Source: Macrostomum lignano
Lineage: Eukaryota
Reading direction: 5' to 3'
Assembly (NCBI GenBank): GCA_002269645.1
Contig: NIVC01000371.1
Location: 186,001-250,000 of the forward strand
DNA: 64,000 nt
Each line of letters opens with the position of its first letter. Within the stretch, counting starts at the first letter, position 1. Under the pieces are notes generated by a model, which saw only the letters and a list, made by a program, of their open reading frames with translations, had not been told where the DNA came from and ran no database searches. The position numbers and the translations under genes are program-made. Below, in pieces: positions 24,871 to 36,500 of this stretch.

Positions 24871-25972
24871 CCCTGCAAAACTGCCACAGGCACAGCTTGT
24901 CCCTGACTGACCCTGCAAAACTGCCGCAGGCACAGCTTGTCCCTGACTGACCCTGCAAAACTGCCACAGGCACAGCTTGTCCCTGACTGACCCTGCAAAA
25001 CTGCCACAGGCACAGCTTGTCCCTGACTGACCCTGCAAAACTGCCGCAGGCACAGCTTGTCCCTGACTGACCCTGCAAAACTGCCGCAGGCACAGCTTGT
25101 CCCTGACTGACCCTGCAAAACTGCCGCAGGCACAGCTTGTCCCTGACTGACCCTGCAAAACTGCCGCATGCACAGCTTGTCCCTGACTGACCCTGCAAAA
25201 CTGCCGCATGCACAGCTTGTCCCTGACTAACCCTGCAAAACTGCCGCATGCACAGCTTGTCCCTGACTGACCCTGCAAAACTGCCGCATGCACAGCTTGT
25301 CCCTGACTGACCCTGCAAAACTGCCACAGGCACAGCTTGTCCCTGACTGACCCTGCAAAACTGCCACAGGCACAGCTTGTCCCTGACTGACCCTGCAAAA
25401 CTGCCGCAGGCACAGCTTGTCCCTGACTGACCCTGCAAAACTGCCGCATGCACAGCTTGTCCCTGACTGACCCTGCAAAACTGCCGCATGCACAGCTTAG
25501 CTCTGACTGACCCTGCAAAACTGCCGCATGCACAGCTTGTCCCTGACTGACCCTGCAAAACTGCCGCATGCACAGCTTGTCCCTGACTGACCCTGCAAAA
25601 CTGCCGCATGCACAGCTTGTCCCTGACTGACCCTGCAAAACTGCCGCAGGCACAGCTTGTCCCTGACTGACCCTGCAAAACTGCCGCATGCACAGCTTGT
25701 CCCTGACTGACCCTGCAAAACTGCCGCATGCACAGCTTGTCCCTGACTGACCCTGCAAAACTGCCGAAGGCACAGCTTGTCCCTGACTGACCCTGCAAAA
25801 CTGCCGCAGGCACAGCTTGTCCCTGACTGACCCTGCAAAACTGCCGAAGGCACAGCTTGTCCCTGACTGACCCTGCAAAACTGCCGCAGGCACAGCTTGT
25901 CCCTGACTGACCCTGCAAAACTGCCGCATGCACAGCTTGTCCCTGACTGACCCTGCAAAACTGCCGCAGGCA
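24871..25972. repeat. 40-bp minisatellite (CCCTGCAAAACTGCCGCA(G/T)GCACAGCTTGTCCCTGACTGA)n
   Basis: Period 40, about 27 highly homogeneous copies. Confidence 0.97.
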
Positions 25973-26479
25973 CCATAGACATTTTCCCTAACTTAGTGGA
26001 ATTCGCAGTTTTCCCATAACGCGGCTCATAAAACACCAAGGAGAGCCATTCCACTGCTATCTAATGCATCAAAGATTACACTTTCAGCTGACTGTTGGTT
26101 TGGGGGATGCAACAGTGGCCAATAGGGCCTAAACCATCCCCATACCCAACTAGCAGGTCTTGTACTATACTCGTAATCACGATCTTGGTGCAATTCTGTA
26201 TATTTTTTTAATTCTTCAGTCTTTTGTATCTCAGACACTGAATCCTCAGCACGTCCCTGCCAATTAAACTTTCGCTGCATGCCCCCGGGTCTAACTATTG
26301 GTCTTATATTTTGCTACGTATTGAAAAAATTCACAGCTTCCGATTTCAATCCTTTTTAAGGTTTTTGGCTAGATTCCTTAGTAACCGTAGCGTCCTTAGT
26401 AACTGGCTATTTTTAGGAAATGAAAGTGTCTTTACAACTGTTTTTCATAACTTTTAAGCATTCTTGACAATATATTATT

Positions 26480-26875
26480 GGCTTTACAGCTTCCTTAGCA
26501 ACCGTTTTGGAGCTTCCTTAGCAACAGTCTACTTGTAGGTTCCTTATCAATCATTTATGTAGGTCTCTTAGCAACAAATTATGTAGGTTCCTTAGCAACC
26601 AGCAACAAATTATGTAGGTTCCTTAGCAACCAGCAACCATTATGTAGGTTCCTTAGCAACCATTATTTAGGTTCCTTAGCAACCATTATGTAGGTTCCTT
26701 AGCAACCATTATGTAGGTTCTTTAGCAACCATTATGTAGGTTCCTTAGCAACAATTTATGTAGGTTCCTTAGCAACCATTTATGTAGGTTGCTTAGCAAC
26801 CATTTATGTAGGTGCCTCAGCAAAATTTATATAGGCTCCGTAGCAACGATTTATGTAGCTTCCTTAGCAACCTTA
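26480..26875. repeat. ~23-bp minisatellite (ATTATGTAGGTTCCTTAGCAACC)n
   Basis: Direct; shares the TTCCTTAGCAAC core with 23500-23985. Confidence 0.88.
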
Positions 26876-27051
26876 TTTGGCTTTTTTGTTAATAAATGTG
26901 ATAAATGTCAACAAAAATTCCTCAAGAAGCCTCTATCTAGAAATTCGTGGAATTCCTGAAAAGTACATCTTACATGTACTATATATGCATTACAATTTCA
27001 GTAGCGTCTCACTTATACAAGACTGATTTTCAGCATCCTCAGCTTCATCAA

Positions 27052-29063
27052 ATGGAGCAACTATTTCTGTTCCTGTCGCTACTACTACTAGCCGCTCCTC
27101 AGGTGTCCCTGTCCCAGCTCCAGACAGAGCTGACCGACAGCTGCTTGGCCTATCAGCGCCAGCTAGCGGCCTTGGCAGCCAACCTCGCCGAGTGCTCAGC
27201 CGAGGCGGCTCGCCCGTTCGCCCTGTGCCACAGATGCGCCGAGGCCTACGCTAGCTGGACTAGGCTGATGAGAGAGCTGGCCGAATATGAGCAGTGCTCT
27301 GAGTACCTGCTGCAGTCAGACAGCGTGCAGGTTGGTCCGACTGGCGCTACTGATGATCATGTAGCTCATTATTTTGTCTTGTGTGGTCAAACACAGCATC
27401 CGCTGTAATATCTACTAACCTGCTGCAATGCTGTCACATCACATCAGTCTATCACAAGCTTATCTCTGCATCTCTGTCTATCACAAACCTACTGCAATAT
27501 CTCCCTCAAACCTACCGCAATATCTCCCTCAAACCTACTGCAATATCTCCCTCAAACCTACTGCAATATCTCCCTCAAACCTACCGCAATATCTCCCTTA
27601 AACCTACTGCAATATCTCCCTCAAACCTACCGCAATATCTCCCTTAAACCTACTGCAATATCTCCCTCAAACTTAATGCAATATCTCCCTCAAACCTACC
27701 GCAATATCTCCCTCAAACCCACCGCAATATCTCCCTCAAACCTACTGCAATATCTCCCTCAAACCTACCGCAATATCTCCCTCAAACCTACTGCAATATC
27801 TCCCTCAAACCTACAGCAATATCTCCCTCAAACCTACTGCAATATCTCCCTCAAACCTACTGCAATATCTCCCTCAAACCTACTGCAATATCTCCCTCAA
27901 ACCTACCGCAATATCTCCCTCAAACCCACCGCAATATCTCCCTCAAACCTACTGCAATATCTCCCTCAAACCTACCGCAATATCTCCCTCAAACCTACTG
28001 CAATATCTCCCTCAAACCTACAGCAATATCTCCCTCAAACCTACTGCAATATCTCCCTCAAACCTACTGCAATATCTCCCTCAAACCTACTGCAATATCT
28101 CCCTCAAACCCACCGCAATATCTCCCTCAAACCTACTGCAATATCTCCCTCAAACCTACCGCAATATCTCCCTCAAACCTACTGCAATATCTCCCTCAAA
28201 CCTACAGCAATATCTCCCTCAAACCTACTGTAATATCTCCCTCAAACCTACTGCAATATCTCCCTCAAACCCACCGCAATATCTCCCTCAAACCTACTGC
28301 AATATCTCCCTCAAACCTACTGCAATATCTCCCTCAAACCTGCTGCAATATCTCCCTCAAACCCACCGCAATATCTCCCTCAAACCTACTGCAATATCTC
28401 CCTCAAACCCACCGCAATATCCCCCTCAATCTAATCAAAATATCTTCATCAAACCTACTCCAGTGCCTTATTAGTAAGCCAAGCTGTCTCCCCCCGTCAC
28501 CCCAGACGCTCCTACGCACTCGAGACTTTGCGGACTCGCTGTGGAAGGCGGGCGGCTGCAAATACTGTCTAACGGAGTCGGGTGGGCCCGGCAACGCCTC
28601 CAGCTGGTCCTACCAGCCTGACGTGGCGGAATTCCTGCGCCACGTTGACCAGCTGCGGGCCTGCTTTGCTAACTACACTCAGTCGCCGATCCTGCCGGTA
28701 GTTAGTAAGGCCAGCAGCAGCTCAAACTTGTCTCGTGAAGTCTGCCGCGGCTGCAAGTCCATCTACCGCGAGCTGAACGAGCGCTTCAAACTACTCGGCC
28801 ACGATCAGCAGCAGTGCATGTACGCCGTAGACGCTCTAAACGTCTCCCGGCGAGCCTGGGGCGAGACGTTGAAATGCGATCCTCAGGGCATCAGCCTGCA
28901 GCCCGTGCCGCTAATTGTGGCCACCTACCTGGTTGCCGCTCTGTTCTACATTGGCGCCAGTAGTCAGAAGGTCATTAAAAACCGGCGACTATTGCGCCAG
29001 AAACGAGTGCCGCCAAGCAGTCCGACCGCCAGCCAGTCTCTGCAGGGCAACGTCGGTGCTTAA
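27052..29063 (+). CDS. OSTM1: Osteopetrosis-associated transmembrane protein 1 (ClC-7 beta subunit)
   Basis: Exons 27052-27330 and 28506-29063 (278 aa). Signal peptide; Cys pattern ECSAEAARPFALCHRC..CSEYLLQSDSVQ..LWKAGGCKYC..CF..EVCRGCKSIYREL..CMYAVDALNVSRRAWGETLKC; one TM; tail RRLLRQKR. Confidence 0.88.
27480..28430. repeat. 23-bp intronic minisatellite (AAACCTACTGCAATATCTCCCTC)n
   Basis: Direct; fills the OSTM1 intron. Confidence 0.96.
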
Positions 29064-29189
29064 ATAAATCGCAATTTTGTTATAATCACAGGTTTCATTT
29101 CTTGCCTGCTGATTGTTCATTTGGTGTCCAGAATAGACTTTTTTATTTTCTTGATAGTGCAATTAATTTTCCCTACCTCATCCACAAGC

Positions 29190-29400
29190 CGGAGTGTACA
29201 TTTGACTTCTCCCTTCCTTATCCGGAATGTACATTTAACTTCTTCCTTCCTTACCCGGAGTGTACATTTAGTTTCTCCCTTCCTTACCCGGAATGTACAT
29301 TTAGCTTCTCCCTTCCTTACCTGGAGTGTACATTTAGCTTCTCCCTTCCTTACCCGGAATGTACATTTAGCTTTTCCCTTGCACTCCAAAGCTAAAAGTA
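29190..29400. repeat. 33-bp minisatellite, about 6 copies
   Basis: CGGA(A/G)TGTACATTTAGCTTCTCCCTTCCTTACC units downstream of the OSTM1 stop. Confidence 0.85.
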
Positions 29401-30500
29401 CATTTATTCCCATTTTTCACCCTAAAATTACATTTGGCTTCCATATCGTACCATGTCCATTGTAACACGAACCACTGAACCATAAGTAAATACAGTATTA
29501 ACTACTTGATCAGCAATAAACAATTATAAGCACTCGAAAAGCGCCCAAAGCAATCAATCTCCACATGCATATTGTTAATCATATCCAGAAGTACACTGCA
29601 ATCTTTCAGTAGTTATTGTTGTGTACTTTTGTTTATTTTTTACTTTTTATACTCTTCAAGTAAATTTCTCTCGTTAGCTGCATTCCACAAACAATTATGC
29701 AAACATTACCTTTATTTCTTATCGGTGAACTTGATAATTATAATGATTAAAGTTATATTTCTTATCAAGCCAATTTATTGATTTCTGAAATCAGTTTTTT
29801 CCACTGTGCACTAAAATTCAGTTTTAATCAAGTATTTTGTTTGGGTGTTTTTTACCTGTCATTTTGAGTTCATTGCTATTCTGATTCTATTGTAGAAAAG
29901 TGTCTATTTTTGTAACTTGTTTCTTCACAATACAAATTCTATGGATAGTTATTTTTTTAGTAGACTTCCCAGTAACATGATTGAAACAATGTGAAAAAGT
30001 TTTGTTTTCACGTAAAAACAAGGTTATTTCAGTACAGATAACATTAAAATTTGATAAATATTGTTCAGTAATATTTTTGCAGTTTATGTATAATATTAAT
30101 TAGAATATTTTAATGAATAGTTTAGTTAGCTGATTACGTTTTTAAGTACATGAAAAAAGAAACCAAAAAAATTGAGGAAATTGGGAGAAAAAACATTCAC
30201 TTTAAGCAGTCTGACAGAATCAATTATGTACACTGAACTTTGTGTACACTAAATCATTGGCTAATGTACATTACAACAAGAGCATGAATGTACACTGATT
30301 TTTGTTCCGCTCATCCTCGGGCGGGGGTTACCCCAGGAGCCTAGGAGCATCAATGTACATGTACATTGAATTTCATCCCTCTCTGGCGGACTGTACGCAC
30401 GATAGGTTAAGCCAGTTAGTGCCGATTTACTTGTAAGTTAGTAGGGCACCCGGTAATCTCATTGCAGTTAATCTGTTAAGCTTCTTACGCACCAGCATAA

Positions 30501-33500
30501 TCAAATATTGATGACAAATGACGCATTTCGGCCAGTTTGCCTGTCTTCGAATCGCAGGTTTACTCGGCTAGGAACATTGGCCGAGGTGATGGCCACACGG
30601 TTGTCGTAGAGCGCATTCGACTGTAGAATGATGCCCAGGGTGCCTGGCGTGTGAAGTGAACCATTTGGATTAATTTAAAGCATTCTGTTCTATAATTACT
30701 GTTAAATGGCATGTAATTACTCACCAATTATGCAAGCAGCTGTGAATATCCACAGGAATAATCTGTCCAACACTGTGGCTACAAATTTCCAGTCTTCACG
30801 AACCTGAAAATTACAATGAACGAATTTAATAGAACTTGGTGGAATTTTGATAGCGAAACTTGACGCAGCAGTCTATATAGCTAAACTTAAGCTTTCCGTG
30901 CACCCACCTTACTCCCTGGCTCTCCATGCACCCACCTCACTCCCTAGCTCTCCGTACACCCACCTCACTCCCTGGCTTTAAGTTGCAACCATCTCACTCC
31001 CTGGCTCTAAATTGGATCCACCTCACTCCCTGGCTTTAAGTTGCAACCATCTCACTCCCTGGCTCTAAATTGGATCCACCTCACTCCCTGATTCTAAAAT
31101 GCACCGCACCCACCTCAATTGCATCCATCCCCTTCCCTGGCTTTAAGTTGCACTCAACTCACTCCCTCGACCCTTTTCAAACCACTTAATTTTTTACCGG
31201 TATTAAATGTCCACTTGATGTAACCACGCTCTAGTCGCGGGATAGGGCATGGGAACTTTTTCGAAAGTGCCTCCTATCCCGTGCACCTCCCCTGCACAGA
31301 GCTGTCGAGACTCGGCCAGGCCTCCGGCCAGGCCTGGAGACTCCCGCTCTGCTGCACCCTCCTGCTGCCTTGGCTCCGTCTCCCCTGCCGCCATACCTGC
31401 CTTTCCGGAGCTCCCTATCCCTCTCTGTACCCCCCTCTACCTTATCTCCCCTGCGCTCCACCCTAGTCTTCTTGTACTTTCCCCATCCCCCCTCTTTTTG
31501 TCTCTCTCTGAACTATTTTCCTGCGCTGTCCCCTCTTTCCCTGCGTCTACTTACAGTATTTTGTGTGCTCACCGACCTCCCATCCCTTCCCAAACTTCCA
31601 AACGGTGACGCAAGTCGTGTGACCCCTTCTTCCCCTCGATGACTCATCGATGACTCATCCCCCTCTCTTGCGCAACCATTTCTCATGCTATTGTTCTCCT
31701 CCCCAAATTTCTCATGCGACACCCACCCCACCTCCGCTTCTATTGTTCTCGTTTTTTATTCTTTTGTTCTCTCGACCCCCACCAATTATCACATTTTCTC
31801 CGATTTTCTCTTTCTTTTGTTCTCGTTTTCGCACCTAATTATCACCTTTTCCCCAATGTTTGCTTTTCTATTGTTCTCGATTCTCCCCAATTATCCCCGA
31901 TTTTTAAATCCTTTGTTATCGACCCCAACCCCATTGTTCTCCATGTTTGCTTGCGCAACACTTTCGCGACCACCCGCTGCGCCAATTATCCCCCCACCCC
32001 ACCTCCGGATTGCGCAATTTCCCTATTTCTCATGTTGCTCATTCTGACGTCATTCGGCCGGCAGCCAATCAGAGAGAGGGAGTCATGGAAACGACCTTGG
32101 AGCGGCGGCTGGGAAGGCTATAAAAGGAAGCGGTTTTCGGCATGAGAATCCTCAACTTTTGCCCACCTTCGGGCTCCTAGTCTTTCTTTAGACTTGCCGT
32201 CAGACTGAGTTCTGACCCATTCGACTATAAGACGAATCCCTGCCGGTCCGCGGTCTGTTACCGCCAAGTTATCTTCAGCTCCCCAAGTGAGCTCGACTAT
32301 CGGCCAGCGGTCTGACACCGCCCAGCATCATCAGCTTCGCCTGATCTACACCAGCGCCTCGTCGCCTCAGCGCATCGCCGCTTCACTGTCTGCCTGACTG
32401 CAGCCTACAGCCGCCCTCGGTCACTCCGCCTCTCTCTCTCTCTCTGTGCAGCTGCCGGTAAGTTCCTATTATTGATTTGTGCTCTAATTGCCTTTGCTTA
32501 TCCGGAGTTTGCCTATTTTTCCATTGTCTGATTAGAGAGCTGAGCCAGTTGTAATACCGTACCTTTTGCTGTATTTTTACTCAATAGTGAAGCCGCCTAA
32601 TTGCCTGATTATTTGCCTAAGGGCCTAATTATTAACTATTAACTAACCTCATCATTATTCACTCTTTCACCATCATTTCACTCATGGCTTGCTAAGCCTT
32701 TCTCCCGGGTGGCAAAGCATAGGGAAGTTTGGGTAAGCTAATGGCCTCTCCCCGTGCAAAGCTCGCCTGTGAGTGCGCGCTGCGGGGCCGTGTGTGCGTG
32801 CAGTAGAGGGATTAGCGAGTCTTGGCACAGAATGGCAGTAGGAAGGTTGCAACCCCATGCTGACGCGTCCCTTCGCCCTGAGCAATCTAAACTATAGACA
32901 GTACATGTTCGCCTCATACTACTCTTAGTAATCAAAGTCGCAAGTCAGCCTCGCTCACAGCCACAAAGGATCCCCTGCTGAGAAATCCTCCAGATTGAGC
33001 CCAGAGTTCCCGATCATGCCCCAAGCAGAGTCCCTGTACTCGGCTGCATGTGTCTCCCCTGTTAGCCTAAATCCCCTGGTAACCAATCCAGGTGGGGCTC
33101 TAGCCTCGAGAGGTCTGGTAGAAAGATCCAGGTGCGCCAGGTCACATAGAGTGGTGGCAGCCACTCGATCATACTATGACCGAGTGACCAACTATTGCAC
33201 CTTGGCTACAGGTAGGGTCCATGTGGGTCCTTGGCCCTCTGGTCACAAAGCGCTACCAAAGCTATCAATCATGTGGGCGGGACAGTCTGGTGCTGGAGGT
33301 CCGTCAGGTCATTGCCCGGCCATAGGCAGCCTACGGTCATTGCCCCCTCTAGTCATGCGTTCGTCTCTCTACGGAGCGGACAGGCGACAAGGGCGGTTAC
33401 ATCACACTCTAAATTTGGCGTTTCGAAGTTTCGTTATAAAAATATAATAGCTCGATTTTCTCAGATTGCTCAGACTCAGCAGCGGCAGTCAACAAAAGGC

Positions 33501-36500
33501 TCTCACGCTCTGATTCTCGTCATCTTTCTTCAAGTTGGCCGCAATAAAGCGAACGCCGTTAATTGCGTCTCGAATTTTCTGCCGAAGGCTGCCCCGACCG
33601 CTTGTCTCGCCGTCGCCGTCGCCGTCGTCTGCAGCTGGACGTCGCCGAAACTTTTCCCGGCGTTGCCTGGTCATTGCCGAGGTTGTGGAAGATCCAGGCA
33701 TCAGATTGCCGACTGCAGCAGCCTCGCCCTCGCCATCCATCGCTGCGCTAAGGTGGTCAGCCTCGTCAAACTCGCCGACGGCTTCCTCATCGTTGGTGCC
33801 AAGAAGCTTATCGCCGTTCGGATCAGCTAGCTGGCTGTTGCCATAGTAACCAGTTAGAGGGACGTCAACGGCAGCGGCTTCATCGTCGAAGCTCCAGTTC
33901 CAGATGGGAGTCTGAAATGAATGGGAAACGTTTTCTAATAGTTTCGTGTGCGATTTTGCTACTAAAAGTAGCAAAAATAGCGAGGCACTTATTTTACATT
34001 TTTTAACTTTTGCGGGCTAAAACTAGAAAATATCATCACTTTGGTGCAGGTGGGTGCTAAAGGGATGACGAGCGAGGTGCAAAGCTGGACGAATACTCGT
34101 ACACCATTTACTAGTGTACGATGTCGGGTCCTGATGCTAACAGTAAACACAGCTGGCGCACAAATAATTTCGCAAAATAGCGCATTTTAATTACTAATAA
34201 TGGGTTCCTTTTTTAATTCCCCCCTTACACTTTATACACCCACCTCATTCCTTATACACCAACCTCGCTCTTTATACACCCACCTCGCTCCTTATACACC
34301 CACCTCGCTCCTTATAAACCCACCTCACTCCTTATACACCCACCTCACTCCTTATACACCCACCTCACTCCTTATACACCCCTTACACTTTATACACCCA
34401 CCTCATTCCTTATACACCCCTTACACTTTATACACCCACCTCATTCCTTATACACCAACCTCGCTCTTTATACACCCACCTCACACCTTATACACCCACC
34501 TTACTCCTTATATACCCACCTCGGTCTCTGCCCCTTTATAAACCAAGCGAACCCTTCTCTTTATTTACTACTTGTACTTGGCATGGAAATTTTCGCGCTT
34601 AACTGAAAGCTGAAACACGTCGTACAAAACATTTCTGTGCTATGTGAATTGCTCTACGAACATTAATACATGCTTGGGTGCACTAGAAACCATGGAGTAC
34701 CTGCAAAAACTTGATGGTTGTCGCCAGCTGAAGGTCGTCCTGTTTTCGCGAACGGAGTGTTGAGAGTTTGTGCTCAATATATATATACTATGGGATTAAA
34801 GAAAACGAGTGGTTATATCCTGTCTCTTGTCCGCGCTAGAGTCTGACTTCAACTCCCCCCCCCACACTTGTCCGAAGTGCCTCGAGCTTCTTTTCCCCAG
34901 TCACGTTCGTGACTAGGCGACACACACACACACACCTTGCCGATCTCTACTTCTTTGATTTCTCTCCCGCTCAACTCTGAACTGCTTGGAACTGCCGAGG
35001 CGTGTTTAAGTGGCTCAACTAACGACTGCGGTCTTTCTGCTTTTTTTCTGTATCAATCAATCTCTGAGTTAGTTTTTAGCGAAATCTTCTACGAGAGTAG
35101 CAAGTCCTTGGCTTAAATTGCGTGATCCAGTAAAGACAGAATTCGACTTTCTTAGATAATAAAACAGGAGTAAAATTTTGAGTCAGTGGCCGATCTACGA
35201 GCGTAAAGGGGAAAACATGCAATCTAGGGGGGGGGGGTCAATGGAGGTCAGATGACCCCCGATCTAGGACTGACGCTTGCCTCAAACTCTCCATCATCGT
35301 TCTCGTTTGGCCTCCGCATGCACAGCAGTCGCGGCAGGTGGCCTAGGAACAGTTTTCGAACCCAGGGCGACATCTCGTGCGTGTCCGGGCCGCGAAAGTG
35401 CACGTTGAGCACCACGACAGTGATGATGATGGACAGCGTCACCAGGATCATGGTGAACAGCAGGTACTTGCCAATCAGCGGCACCACTAGCGATGTTGGC
35501 GGAATGATTTCGGCCAGCAGCAAGAAAAACACCGTCAGAGCCAGCAGAATCGAGATTGACAGGCTGATCTTCTCGCCGCTCTCCGATGGCAGGTAGAAGA
35601 CCGTCACGGTCAGGAATGAGATGCTCACGCACGGGATGATCAGGTTCACCGCGTAGAACAGGGTCTTGCGCTTCAGCAGGATGTTGAAGGTCACGTCTGG
35701 CGACGGGAGTAAGGATTAGCTGGGATCTGTGAATCTGGGATCTGAGGATCTGTGATCTGAGGATCTGGGATCTGAGGATCTGGGATCTGAGGAATCTGGG
35801 ATCTGAGGATCTGTAATCTGAGGATCTGGGATCTGAGGATCTGGGATCGGAGAATCTGGGATCTGTCGATCTGGGATATGAGGATCTGGGATCTGAGGAT
35901 CTGGGATCGGAGAATCTGGGATCTGTCGATCTGGGATATGAGGATCTGGGGTCTGAGGATCTGAGGATCAGGGATCTGAGGATCTGGGATTTGAGGATCT
36001 GGGATCTGAGGATCTGGGATCGAAGGATCTGGAATTTGAGGATCTGGGATCTGAGGATCTGGGATTGGAGGATCTGGGATCTGAGGATCTGAGGATCTGG
36101 GATCTGAGGATCTGGGATCGAAGGATCTGGAATTTGAGGATCTGGGATCTGAGGATCTGAGGATCTGGGATCTGAGGATCTGGGATCTGAGGATCTGAGG
36201 ATCTGGGATCTGAGGATCTGAGGATCTGGGATCTGAGGATCTGAGGATCTGGGATCTGAGGATCTGGGATCTGAGGATCTGGGATCGAAGGATCTGGAAT
36301 TTGAGGATCTGGGATCTGAGGATCTGGGATTGGAGGATCTGGGATCTGAGGATCTGAGGATCTGGGATCTGAGGATCTGGGATCGAAGGATCTGGAATTT
36401 GAGGATCTGGGATCTGAGGATCTGGGATTGGAGGATCTGGGATCTGAGGATCTGAGGATCTGGGATCTGAGGATCTGAGGATCTGGGATCTGAGGATCTG

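Noticed and set aside
24789-26054. Long ORFs of 185-375 aa on the minus strand
   Set aside because: Translations of the 40-bp minisatellite. The same applies to the ORFs over 6863-7810, 35294-36682, 41256-41988, 50336-51767, 53652-54548 and 58657-59845.
30515-30555. Hammerhead-like GAAGA...GGC/GCC-GAAA-TGCG-TC on the minus strand
   Set aside because: The core reads TCGAAGA instead of CTGANGA, and the stretch is coding sequence of the last nAChR exon ([12 protein letters not shown]).
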